From Eledone cirrhosa (lineage: Eukaryota), in the NCBI GenBank assembly GCA_964016885.1, contig OZ024750.1, positions 3,038,001 through 3,102,000 on the forward strand: a DNA stretch of 64,000 nt, read 5' to 3'. Within the stretch, counting starts at the first letter, position 1. The number at the start of each line of letters is the position of its first letter. Positions 13,013 to 24,870 of the stretch are shown piece after piece. A program made the translations under genes and the position numbers. The notes beneath the pieces are model-generated. The model ran no database searches. It was given only the letters and a program-made list of their open reading frames with translations, and was not told where the DNA came from.

Positions 13013-14297
13013 ATATCATCATCATCATCATCATCATCAACGTTTAACGTCCGTGTTCCACGCTTGCATGGGTTTGGACGGGGGTTTTCCCACTTGAGGC
13101 AAGAGTGATTGTCTTGCTCGCATAGGACTGTCTGGCAGGTTTTCTACAGTTGGATGCCCTTCCTAACACCAACCACATTTACAGTGTGGGTCTGGGAGGT
13201 TTTTACCGTGTTGCCTAACTGGTCACATTACAGTGTGGACTGTGTGTTTTTTTGTCGTGACACCTACACGATCTCATTTGTTTCGGCCTGGATGGTGTGG
13301 CACCAACATAACTTTACATAGAAGGGGGCGGTGTGGATGTGGTGGGGATGGTGGGACGGGGGTGTATTTTGTTAGAGATGCTTACTGACTGTAGTAGGTT
13401 TTACTTTGTATTTAGGTAAGGCGGGTCTTCTCTATTACTGAGTACCGCCAAAGGTCTCGGTCCAGTGACATTGTCTTGGTGAGGTGTAAGTGTGTGAGGT
13501 CGGAGTTTATCAGCTCGTCCCAGATTTTTCTGGGTCTGCCTATTCCGTGGCTACCGTCTATCTTTATTGCCCTGCACTTTGTTATACAGCTATCGTCCTT
13601 CATGCGCATCACGTGACCATACCAACATAGCCTTCTCTCGAGTAAACAACATCTGATCCCTCTTATTTCTAATTTTTTCCTTAGTTCGTTTATGCTTTGT
13701 CGTTCACGTATATTACTATTACACATCCAGCGGAGCATGCAAGCTTCATTTCTCTCTAGTCTGCGTATATTCTCTGCACACAATGCCCAGGTCTCACTGC
13801 CATGCAACATTGCTGTTCGTATGCAGGCATCGTACAACCTGCCTTTCATTTTTAGGGAGAACCCTTTAGTGGCTAATAGTGGTATAAGCTCTCTGAACTT
13901 TTTCCACCCAGTTCTGACTCTAGCTACTGTACTTTCAGAGCACCCTCCCCCACTGCTGATTTTGTCACCCAGATAACGGAAGCTGTCCACTATTTCTATA
14001 GAACCCTCTGCGCAGTTGAAAGAGCTAGTATTTTGTGGGCACTTGCTGCTACTTATTGCCCCAGAACACTGGCCACATGTAAAATCTATGTTCTTAGTTA
14101 GCTTACCTGTGATCCCACTACATCTTTTATGCACCCAAACTTTGCATTTGGGACACAAAATGGAATTTCTACCTACGCCTTTCCTACACTCTGCGCATGG
14201 CCACTTCCCGGAGGGGACCACCGCCTTATTTTCTTTCTTACAAACTAGAATTTTAGTCTTAGCCAGGTTAATTTTAAGGCTTTTTGATTCTAGGCCG
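13013..14297 (-). mobile_element. 5'-truncated RTE-clade LINE with intact 3' ORF, 3' UTR and (GAT)n tail
   Basis: Uninterrupted ORF with LINE RT C-terminal motifs; 3' UTR ends CATGCAAGCGTGGAACACGGACGTTAAACG(TTG)(ATG)n. Confidence 0.92.
13412..14296 (-). CDS. RTE reverse transcriptase C-terminal fragment with an embedded PHD-like finger (TE-encoded, truncated)
   Basis: LKINLAKTK, FRYLG, AMLHGSETW, RLCWYGHVMRM and GRPRKIW motifs, plus a C4HC3 cluster; the first ~10 aa of the listed ORF come from flanking DNA. Confidence 0.85.
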   Translation of the reverse strand, partial: GLESKSLKINLAKTKILVCKKENKAVVPSGKWPCAECRKGVGRNSILCPKCKVWVHKRCSGITGKLTKNIDFTCGQCSGAISSSKCPQNTSSFNCAEGSIEIVDSFRYLGDKISSGGGCSESTVARVRTGWKKFRELIPLLATKGFSLKMKGRLYDACIRTAMLHGSETWALCAENIRRLERNEACMLRWMCNSNIRERQSINELRKKLEIRGIRCCLLERRLCWYGHVMRMKDDSCITKCRAIKIDGSHGIGRPRKIWDELINSDLTHLHLTKTMSLDRDLWRYSVIEKTRLT

Positions 14298-14326
14298 TAT
14301 ATATATCTCAAGGCCAATGCCACCAT

Positions 14327-14872
14327 ATCATCATCACATCATCATCACCGTTTTACGTCTGTTCTTCCACGCTAGCATGGGTTAGACGGGTTGTCCTGTT
14401 GTGTGCAGTGTCTGGTCGGCTGACCATGCCTTGCTCATACAGGAACTGATTTGGCTTGGTTTCTACAGCTGGATGCCCTGCCTAACACCAACCTCATTTA
14501 CAGTGTGGGCTGGGTGCTTTTTTTCCGTGGCACCTCCACGACCACCTTGCAGTGGGGGGGGGGGCATATTGTTTATATGCTTCAGCTTGTACCCATGGGA
14601 GGTCGGGTACTCTGTATTACTGCGTGACGCCAGAAGTCACGGTCGTGTGTCATTGTCTTTGAGAGGTGTAATTGGGTAAGGTCGGCTTTTATCACCTCAT
14701 CCCAGGTCATCTTGGGTCTCCCCACTCCGCGGTTTCCATCAACTTCTAGTGCTCTGCACCTTTTTATGCAGCTATCATCCTTCATACGCATCACATGTCC
14801 ATACCAGCGCAACCGCCTCTCCTGCACACAGCATTTGATTCCTCTTATGCTCAGTCTCTCTCTCAATTCATT
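14327..14872 (-). mobile_element. Second 5'-truncated RTE copy
   Basis: INELRERLSIRGIKCCVQERRLRWYGHVMRMKDD...GRPKMTWDEVIKADL, followed by 3' UTR and (GAT)n. Confidence 0.9.
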
Positions 14873-14974
14873 TATATATATATGTATGTAAAAGGTAAAC
14901 AGAAATAACAACACAATCAGTACAGTATATGGAAGGGATATATTAGGTTAACACTTGATATAGCAGGAAGAGGG

Positions 14975-15010
14975 TCTTAACATTTCGGACGCTAGTCTTT
15001 CATCAGAAGA
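14975..15010 (-). ncRNA. Degenerate minimal hammerhead ribozyme motif
   Basis: TCTT-CTGATGA-AAGAC TAGC GTCC-GAAA-TG-TT-AAGA: core motifs present, 4-bp stem I, 3-bp stem II. Confidence 0.5.
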
Positions 15011-15039
15011 AAGAATGAGAAATAAGATAGATTGAGGGA

Positions 15040-15082
<43 letters not shown>

Positions 15083-15444
15083 TACACACATATACATATA
15101 TATACATAAATATATATATTATACAAACTTTCTTTGTTACACTGATAGCATACAATTATTTTGTTTCACTTAATTCCAATGATTAAGTTACAGAAGGAAA
15201 TATATATCCCATCTAACCCATGCTAGCGTGGAAGAACGAACGTAAAACGGTGATGATGATGATGATGATGATGATTAAACTACTATTTTCACAGAAATAT
15301 CTAATCTTTTATATTGGAATGACCTTATAAATCAATGGACTCAAACTATCACAGAAATATAATACAAAACAAATTAAACTCTACAAATGATCTGTGTACC
15401 ACAGTTTAGCTGTATGTTTTATCATTTATTATTTCTTTACCAAG

Positions 15445-15630
15445 GGCGGTGGATTGACAGTATCGGTAGAGGGTCGGACGCCATGCTTTGATGCAAAGAG
15501 TTACGGCCCTTTATGGTCTGAGTTCAAATCCCGCCGAGGTTAACTTTGCCTTTCATCCTTACAGGGTCGATAAAATAAAGTACCAGTAATGTACTGGTTA
15601 ATTGCTGGCCTTGTGCCAAAAGTAGAAACA
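15445..15630 (+). mobile_element. Full-length tRNA-derived SINE with a 17-bp TSD
   Basis: A/B boxes, body and tail; flanked by ATTATTTCTTTACCAAG (15428-15444) and ATTATTTCTTTACTAAG (15631-15647). Confidence 0.92.
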
Positions 15631-15871
15631 ATTATTTCTTTACTAAGTCTTATCAGTTTATATACACTTCAATACTGACCAGAACCTAATAAAAGCTCCA
15701 CTCCTCTTCTACCTGATACAACCTCAAACAATCCCTTCATTCACTGCAGTAATTCTGCTATTTTCACTTAAACATCCAAAATAGAGCATTTTCATATTAC
15801 AACATGCTATTATACAACACAGCCATAGAAATGGAGATTTTGGTTTCAACACCTCCCCCCTCTCTCTTACA

Positions 15872-16211
15872 CATGAGGGTCAGTTGAAAAAACCAAATGA
15901 GGTTTATATTTTTCAACATAGTCCCTGGAAAGAAGCAATGCAGTTATTAATAAGAAGAGTTAGAATTAATGCATGTAAGATTTCACAGCACTAGTGTCAC
16001 TAGAATATACGAGGGTCACCTGATAAGTTGAGAAGTTAACGAAGATACTCTCATGGAATGACCAAATGAGGTTTATATTTTACAACATAGTCCCTGGAAA
16101 GAAGCAATGCAGTTATTAATAAGAAGAGTTAGAATTAATGCATGTAAGATTTCACAGCTCTAGCATCACTCCTTTACAGTCAACTTATGAACTTTTCAGT
16201 CGACCCTTGTA
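15872..16211 (+). mobile_element. mariner-type MITE: complete copy 16008-16211 plus an adjacent partial copy
   Basis: TA-CGAGGGTCACCTGATAAGTT ... AACTTTTCAGTCGACCCTTG-TA; about 110 bp of the body is repeated immediately upstream. Confidence 0.8.
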
Positions 16212-16514
16212 GTAGGTAGAGAAGATAATTTTAATAGTTTAAAAAAATACCTTCTCTACAACATTCACAAGTAAGCAGGGAAGGTTTTGTTTAGATAGAA
16301 CATTTTATAGTTATACAAATCCAACATTAGAATACACACAACCCATCCATCCACCCACCCATCCAGTAACCCAGCCACCCAGCTACCCTCAACAACGAAC
16401 TCAATACTGATGACACATCAACAAATAATTAGCTTAGAAAAGAGTAGACAGAGAGCTTTCTAAGTGAACAGTTAGTGCATGGCATAACCCTTAACTGCTT
16501 CATAACTGCAAATG

Positions 16515-16628
16515 AGCAGCAACAGCAGCAGCATTAGCTGCAGCAACAGTAGCAGCATTAGCTGCAGCAACAGTAGCAGCATTAGCTGCAGCAACAGTAG
16601 CAGCATTAGCTGCAGCTGCAGCAGCAAC
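16515..16628. repeat. 24-bp CAG-rich minisatellite
   Basis: About 4 units of GCAGCATTAGCTGCAGCAACAGTA. Confidence 0.9.
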
Positions 16629-16696
16629 CAAATGGAAATGGATTGATAAAATGTGAGAAGTAAGAAAGATTCTAAATATGCAGCTTGTTAAAATAA

Positions 16697-16920
16697 TAAA
16701 ACAACTACTACTACTACTACTAAAATAACTACTACTACTACTACTAAAACAACTACTACTACTACTACTAAAACAACTACTACTACTACTACTAAAACAA
16801 CTACTACTACTACTACTAAAACAACAACTACTACTACTACTAAAACAACTACTACTACTACTACTAAAACAACTACTACTACTACTAAAACAACTACTAC
16901 TACTACTAAAACAACTAAAA
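16697..16920. repeat. Compound (AAAACAA(CTA)n) repeat
   Basis: About 10 units of 21-24 bp. Confidence 0.9.
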
Positions 16921-17005
16921 AGTAAAAGTAAAACTATTTTAACTTTTTAACAATAGAGTAATAATGAGGTACGACCATACTACTACAACTTACTGTTGGC
17001 AATAG

Positions 17006-17320
17006 TATATATATATATATATATACACGCACATATATATACACATACACACACACACATATATATATACACACACATATATATATACACACACACACAC
17101 ACATATATATACACACACACACACATATATATATATACACACACACATATATATATATACACACACACACATATATATACACACACACACACACACATAT
17201 ATATACACACACACACACATATATACACATACACACACACATATATATATATACACACACACACATATATATACACACACACACATATATATACACACAC
17301 ACACACATATATACACACAC

Positions 17321-17367
<47 letters not shown>

Positions 17368-17470
17368 TATATACACACACACATATACACACACACATAT
17401 TTATATATATACATACACACACACACATATACACACACACACATACACACACACACATATACACACACAC

Positions 17471-17503
<33 letters not shown>

Positions 17504-17625
17504 TATTTATATACATATACACAAAATATGAGGTGAAGAAGAATCAGAATAATTTTCTGTAATAGCTTCAATCTTGTTTCTTTGCCAAATATTTAACATA
17601 TGATAGATAGCAGGTGGGCTTTGTT

Positions 17626-17656
<31 letters not shown>

Positions 17657-18205
17657 GGTGGTGGTGGTGGTGGTGGTGGTGGTGGTGGTGGTGGTGGTAT
17701 TAATGATGATGTCGATGGTGATGTTGGTGGTGATGATGATAGTGATGGTAATGGCGATGATGATGGTGATGATCATTTTGTTGTTGATCATGATGATGAT
17801 GATGTTAATGGTGATGGTGATGATGGTGGTGGTGGTGGCGGCGGTGGTGGTGGTAATCAACAAGATATCATACCATAAATATTACTTTTATTCTGACCGC
17901 ATGAATGTGACAGAAGGACGGAAGGGGTCGTCAGGAATCTTGTGGGAGAACATTGATAATTATGTCACGGTAGAAAGCAAAACAAATATCAAAACACATA
18001 CACACATAAACAAACACACGCATACATACATACACACACACAAACAACACACACATACATGCATGCATGCATACGTACACACACACACACACACACATGT
18101 ACATACATACGTACATACATACATATGCACACGCATACATATGCACACATACATACACACACACATGCACACACAAACATACATACACACACACACACAT
18201 ACCAG
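17006..18205. repeat. (TA/CA)n and (GAT/GGT)n microsatellite cluster
   Basis: Direct tracts at about 17006-17522, 17626-17855 and 17993-18205. Confidence 0.95.
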
Positions 18206-18566
18206 TATACATAGATAACTAGCAATACTTTAATTAGCAACAGTTCATCTCTATTATAAGGAAAGTCAAAACATATCAAACCTAATATTCATTCAATTAT
18301 TTCAGAAATACAAGATGAGTAGAATTTCATTTTCTGCAAGCCACAGTTCAGAAATGCTATTGTTTCACCTTAATCTAAATGGAAATAAAACGGTAAAAGG
18401 ATAACAAAATAGTTATTTCTCTGTCTTCTTACTATAGCTTCAAGCCAGCCATAGTCTTGTGACTGTATTTGGTAGATGAAAATGTATATATGTGTGTATG
18501 TGTATATATGTGTGAATGTGCATGCATTAGTTTACTGCATGCGTCTTTATATTGACAATGCAATGC

Positions 18567-18778
18567 TTAACCCTTTAGCATTTAAACCGGCTGTATCCAG
18601 CTAGAATTCTCTCACCTCTTTCTGTTCAAACTGGCTGTAACTAGCCACTCATACTGATGTTAAGGTATTGTTTTCAAAATAAATAATATCAAAATCTCAT
18701 AGATTCAATATTATTTGAGATAAAGCTGTTACCAATAGTTTATATAGAGTAATGTAAATGTAATTACTAAAGGGTTAA
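18567..18778 (+). mobile_element. piggyBac-type MITE family A
   Basis: TTAA-CCCTTTAG ... CTAAAGGG-TTAA. Confidence 0.88.
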
Positions 18779-19452
18779 GGTAGCTTGTGACATGTTTTTA
18801 AGTTAACAATATGTCTCACATCAAAGTGGTTGATGAAGATGAACAGTATATACTATAATTATAAAACAAAATAAGGAGTTGGTATCAAGAAAAGGGTCCA
18901 GTTAGAGAAATGCTGTCTCAAAGTCTCAGCCAAATCCATGCCTCCATGGAAAAGCTGATGATAGTGTTTAGGGTAGAAATGAAACTATTTTATAACATAA
19001 GAAAGAAATATAAATAAGCTTTAGGTTCTGTTTTCCCCTTCTCCTTTTTTCCTTAAGGTATTGTTCTCAAAATAAATAATATTAAAATCTCATAGATTCG
19101 ATATTATGTGAGATATTATATGAGATAAATACTTTATCTTTACCGAGAAAATACAATAGTATATATAGAGTAATGTAAATGGTAAAGAGTTAACTGTCTC
19201 TGCTGGTTATTGACCAAACTTTAGCAGTTCTACAAGACACTGAGTCAGTCCAAACTTTAGCATTTCTACAAGACCTTATCATTTCCTTCACACACAGAGT
19301 GATGTTGACAAAAGAAAATATGTTGAATATACGGCCAGTATAAACCAACTCAAGCAAGTATGGTAAAATGGACATTGAAGAATAACGATAATGTACAAAT
19401 CCAAAGAATGGCAGACCGAGTAAAGTGATGACAATAAATAAATTACATACTT

Positions 19453-19681
19453 TTAACCCTTTAGTATATACATCACACTATATTTACTATTGTATGTTCA
19501 TGGTAAAGGCTTTATCACACATAATTATCTCACATAATACCGAATCTGCAAGATTTTGATTTTATTTATTTTGAGAACAATACCTTAACATCAGTATGAG
19601 TGGCTGGTTATGGTTAGTTTGAACTGAAAGAAGTGAGAAAATTCTGGTGGGATACGGCTGGTTTAAATACTAAAGGGTTAA
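19453..19681 (-). mobile_element. piggyBac-type MITE family A, inverted
   Basis: TTAA-CCCTTTAG ... CTAAAGGG-TTAA with reverse-complement body. Confidence 0.88.
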
Positions 19682-20319
19682 ATATAAATTTGGTTTCATA
19701 AAGATGAATGAGGGATCAAAATTCTTTTTACCAAAGTGTTTCATGAGAACAATTCTATTGGTTACTATAATATAGAGCCTCAGTGTGGTGGGGGTGTGGA
19801 GCTGGGCGGGGTGGGAGTGCGGTGGGTGGGTGGAGCTGGGTGGGGTGGGTTGTGGTGTGGTAGGTGTGTGGAGCTGGGTGGGGTGGGTTGTGGTGTGGTA
19901 GGTGTGGATGGATGTGGGTTGTGGTGGGGGCGTGTGATTTTAAATGACACTGCTGACTTGAAGAAATAAACATTCTGAAATAAGTGTCAAGTAATATTTA
20001 AAGTGGAAATATTTTTGCCTGAAAATGTTTTTGTTTCAAATTTATGTTACATCAATATTTATACCACCCTGTCACCCTCTCCCCTTTCTTCCTTTGTCTA
20101 GAAGTCCTTCCTCTTCCACTTCTTTTCCTGTCATTTATGGCATTTATAGTTCTTTCCAAATGTTTGTTTATACCGTAGAAACAATAAACATCATACAATA
20201 TGAATCACGGCATTGAAATAAACTGAAAGATCAAACGGGTATTATTGTTAAGTAGAAAAGGCCTTTGGTATCCATAACAAAAATATTAAAAATTGAAGTT
20301 AATTAATTATGTGCGGAGT

Positions 20320-20715
20320 TGTAACTCCTGGTGGAGCTGTAGGGAAACTGTTGTCACATGCAACCATTATACAAGCATTGTGGGCATTCTTAAAACCTGA
20401 CAGAGTCCAAGCCTTTCTCCAGGTGCGAATACAGCTGATTGCTGAGAGAGAGAAGGAGAGAGAGAGAAGGAAACAGAGAGAGAGAGAAAGGGAAGGAAGA
20501 GAGAGAAGGAAAGAGAGAGAGAGAGAGAAAGGGAAGGAAGAGAGAGAAGGAAAGAGAGAGAGAGAGAGAAGGAAAGAGAGAGAGAGAGAAAGGGAAGGAA
20601 GAGAGAGAAGGAAAGAGAGAGAGAGAGAAGGAAAGAGAGAGAGAGAGAGGGGAAGTAAAAAAAAAAAAGCTACAGAGGAAGAATCAACCGTTGGTAGGAT
20701 TTGAACTCCAACGTA
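20320..20715 (-). mobile_element. SINE variant with an expanded (GA)-rich linker
   Basis: Tail homologous to 7140-7230; compound GA repeat at 20443-20650; GAAGAATCAACC...GGATTTGAACTC. Confidence 0.6.
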
Positions 20716-20938
20716 AAGCCAGAACAATGGTTGCAGTTACCAGAGACAAGTAAGTACCTTTTATCCTCATAAAAGGAAGAAAAAAAAAACTAAGATTTAA
20801 TTTTAAAGTATGATCATTAATTCTAATTGTTTGATTACATTATAATGGTGTATAGAAGAAGAATTATAATAATGTATAAACCATGTTAACTTCCATCAAC
20901 AACCGACTAGATTAGATATACTTTATATATATATATAT

Positions 20939-21200
20939 AGTTAATTATACACTCAACACTACAACACAATACACACACATGTATATATGGGTATTTACAG
21001 TTAATTATACACACAACACAACACAATACACACACATGTATATATGGGTATTTACAGTTAATTATACACACAACACAACAACACAATACACACACATGTA
21101 TATATGGGTATTTACAGTTAATTATACACACAACACAACAACACAATACACACACATGTATATATGGGTATTTACAGTTAATTATACACACAACACAACA
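20939..21200. repeat. 57-60-bp minisatellite
   Basis: About 4.5 units of AGTTAATTATACACACAACACAACAACACAATACACACACATGTATATATGGGTATTTAC. Confidence 0.92.
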
Positions 21201-21466
21201 TATACATATATATATATATATTATATAAAATATATTCATGTTTCCAGAATATTGTTTCTAACATAATTTATATTTCAAGATAATAAATTATAAAAATGGA
21301 GGTGAATAGTTCTGATTTAAATATTTAAAATCTTAGTGACAATTTAACATTTAGGAATTGGGAGATAACTGTAAATAAGATTACATTACAGTAATATATA
21401 TTTAAACATAGATCTATAATTGTGTATATATATATATATATATATATATAAAGGTGTGTGAGTATG

Positions 21467-21502
<36 letters not shown>

Positions 21503-22285
21503 ATGATATATATATATATATGTACACATACAATAAATTGCATGATTCAACAGATGAAAGAAAATCTCTGTTTATAGATAGAAATATATTTATTTCTAAA
21601 AATGTTACTCTTAAATTTAACTTTCAGCTTGCATTATTAACAATGCAGTATTTGCAATATCAAAGAATGGAAGTAGAATCACAATTCTCCCATTTAACAA
21701 AATCATTTAATAACTAAATAAAACAAAATAAATTTCATATTTTCAAAACACTTTTCTATTGTTTCTCTAAACATTGATGAAGTTTAGTAAAATGAGAACA
21801 ATAAGTAAACTTCAGTTATGAAGAATGTAGGTGAAAAAAAAAAAGAAAATGAGACAATATTGGAAATTAAAATGTTATTTTTGAAAATAGACAGGAAATA
21901 TATATTTTAATAAAATCTGAATAAAGTTAAATCAAATAGAAAATTTGGTTTGGAAAACAGAACAATTAATCTAAGCAGAATAGTTTAATATTTTGAGTTT
22001 ATAAACTGAAATCTAATAGACAGAGTTACTGAAGAATTTCAATCTTTTGCTTTAAAAAATTATATTTTCTTTAAGAAATAAAATATAATAATGTTCAGTA
22101 AATATTTGTAATTTGGTAATTTAAGTAATTTAAAGATATTTTGTTGGATTTTTTCTTCTGATTTAAAAAAAAAACAAAACAAATTACTTTATGCTTAAAA
22201 TTGCTTTTGCTGTTAAAGAATAAAAAGTAAACTTATGAAATATTTTAAAAAGAAATGATAGTAAAGAACTATTTACATTTTTCAG

Positions 22286-22464
22286 TAGCCACATGCCAAA
22301 AACAAGTGCAGCAGCAATGAAGCAGAGGATGGCTAGGGATATGAGGACGGTGAGGGCAGCCACCAGTGATACCAAATCATCAGCCATGACGGAGAGGAAC
22401 ACTAGCACTGCTGCAGAAGTTTCAATCAGTGGGAACATCCAAAAGTTTTAAGTTTTCAAACTTG
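22286..22464 (+). other. Exon-like segment on the plus strand (function unknown)
   Basis: TTTACATTTTTCAG acceptor, TTG|GTAAGT donor, GC-elevated interior; stops in all three frames. Confidence 0.3.
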
Positions 22465-24544
22465 GTAAGTGAGAAAGCTGGTTTGGTGGTTGTGGAAAGT
22501 TAATCCAACAGAATTTGGTGGTTCCATTCAAATGTGCAAAGAATATATAGCAGTATCTTGTGGAAAACATATTGTACGGTCAAATTCTTTACAAACAGAA
22601 TAATAGCTGGACTGAAGCAACAAATAAAAAAAATATCCTCAATTCAAAATGGACACTGAACCAAAGTTATAATCTGACAATAAGAATGACCAGTCAAGTG
22701 CAAAAGCAAATTGAGTAAATCTTATTCACAATGGATGAAATATTTAAAATAATGGTATTCCGTTTTAAGTTCAGCAAGAAATTACTGATTTTATTTCTTT
22801 TCAAGTTATAAAAATATCTTCAAGGAATTATCCTTTTTGAATAAGATATCGAAAGATGTTGGAGTCAACATATGATGACTGGTGCTATGATACGAAAGAG
22901 TTTTCAAAATTTCCACCCTAACAAAGTAGGAGATTTCTTGAAGAATAAATATATCCAATGAAATTCTTGGCTCTCTTGGTTATCTTCATTAGACGAATAA
23001 ACTTTGTGCTTGTTTTGTAATGTCATACAGTAAATCCATAAAGAAAGTTTGTTGTTTTATATTTAAACAAAATTTGGACAAATCAAAAGTATCATTGAGG
23101 ATTACAGAATGCGGTGTTTTATGATGAATGTTTTCCTTCAAATACAAACTAAAACTTCAGCAAGAAATACACACTGCAATTGGTGACAATAATATAAACA
23201 GAGGAGAAGCGAAAAGTAGAAATACTGCCTCGGTGTCATACATTCACCTTATTTTTAAAAAGCTATTTGAAATAAGCATTTTTGTTGTATGCAACAGCAG
23301 ACGCGGATGAGGATATGCAGCAGGGCTATTTAAGTGGACATTTTCATAATCCATTATAACAATATCCATAATGTACCATCTGTTAGATGGTTGGACATAT
23401 TTTACAGCAGGTAAAAGACAACGCCATGTTGACAGCTACACATGGCTATAGCAGACAGAGGTAGATCTTTGGTTGGAGAGGTAGAAAATAGAAAGCTGAT
23501 AATGACATAAGTAGCAACCAAACCCCCACCCCACCAACTGTATTACCCAACTTTCCCCAAACTTCAACTAAAGCTAGTAGTGTGCCAGCTTCACTCTCTC
23601 TCTCTCTTTCATTTGCTTTTTGAGTGGGCCCTCCTTCAAGGAAAACTGCAACTGTTACTAAACTCTTCCTGCCACCCTCCAGATACCTGATACTGCACAC
23701 AAACAGCTGAACAACACACCTTCAGAACTTTCTCCATCATTCACCAACTTACATAGACTCTCTTATGTTTTTACAACTTCTAGCAGCTGACAACAGTGAG
23801 GCAAGAGAGAGAGAGAGAGAGAGATAGATAGACATAGAGAGAGAGAGAGAGAGAGAGAGAGAAGGGAAGGAGAGAGAGATGTGAGAGAGATAATGTAATG
23901 TGAGAGAAAGAAAGAGTTAGATAGAGAGAGAGAGATGTGTGAGAGAGATAATGTAATGTGAGAGAGAGAGAGAGATGTGAAAGAAAGAACAGCGTGAAGG
24001 AAGGAGGGCAGAGAAATTATGATCACAAGGAAGTTATTTAAGAGTTATAAACTGTAAATACAGTAAACATACAAGCTACAACAATTATTGAGAGGTAAAG
24101 AATTAGTGACTTAAGCAATACCAGAAAAAGGCAAGTGATAATATTGATGATCCATAACATTATTAGTGTTGGGAAGAACAAGTTCAAACACAACTTTCAC
24201 CTGTCTTATGCAAGAGGAGGAAAACAATAATTAGACAGCACAATTCCATAGAGAAAAAGAAAACCACCAACAATAACAAAAAAAAAACAACAAAAATATT
24301 TTGTTAATATGTTAGCTTTCCAACTTTTGGGTAAGTATACAGGTATAGCATTTAACTCTTTTGATACCAACCCACCTGAAACTGTCAAGGATTTATAATA
24401 CAAAACTGCTTATTTTAAAATGTTTAGCCATATATTAAATCCTTTCATCAAAATTTTATTTTAGCAAATTTTATAAAAGTTCTGCTCTAAATATTAGTTT
24501 GTTAATGAAAAAATTATTTTATTAAATTCCTCTAAATGTTCCAG

Positions 24545-24633
24545 TAACTCCTAATGTAGCTTACAGTGTTTCCTGCGCATTTTAAGCCTGGTGGAGCCCA
24601 TCTCGCTTCAGTTCTGAACAGTAGATTCTTTCC

Positions 24634-24665
<32 letters not shown>

Positions 24666-24870
24666 ATAAAAGTGAGAAGAGATATGGAGGAAGAATCGAC
24701 CCTGGTACTGGACTGGTACTTTTTTTTATTTATTTTTTTTTTATTTATTGAGCTTGAAAGAATGAAAAGCTAAGTTGATCACGGCAGGATTTGAACTCAA
24801 ACAGCAAAGAACTGGAATGAATACTGCAAACCATTCTACCTGGCGTTCTAACAACTCTGTAACTAGCTAT
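24545..24870 (-). mobile_element. SINE variant with GA linker
   Basis: Same tail, linker and SINE body as 6940-7235, in reverse. Confidence 0.6.

Noticed and set aside
16934-17562. CVYI/HTYI ORFs (also at 3597, 46108, 50680-51444 and 59432)
   Set aside because: Dinucleotide microsatellite artefacts
20309-20753. Glu/Arg/Lys-rich ORFs
   Set aside because: Produced by the GA linker of a SINE variant
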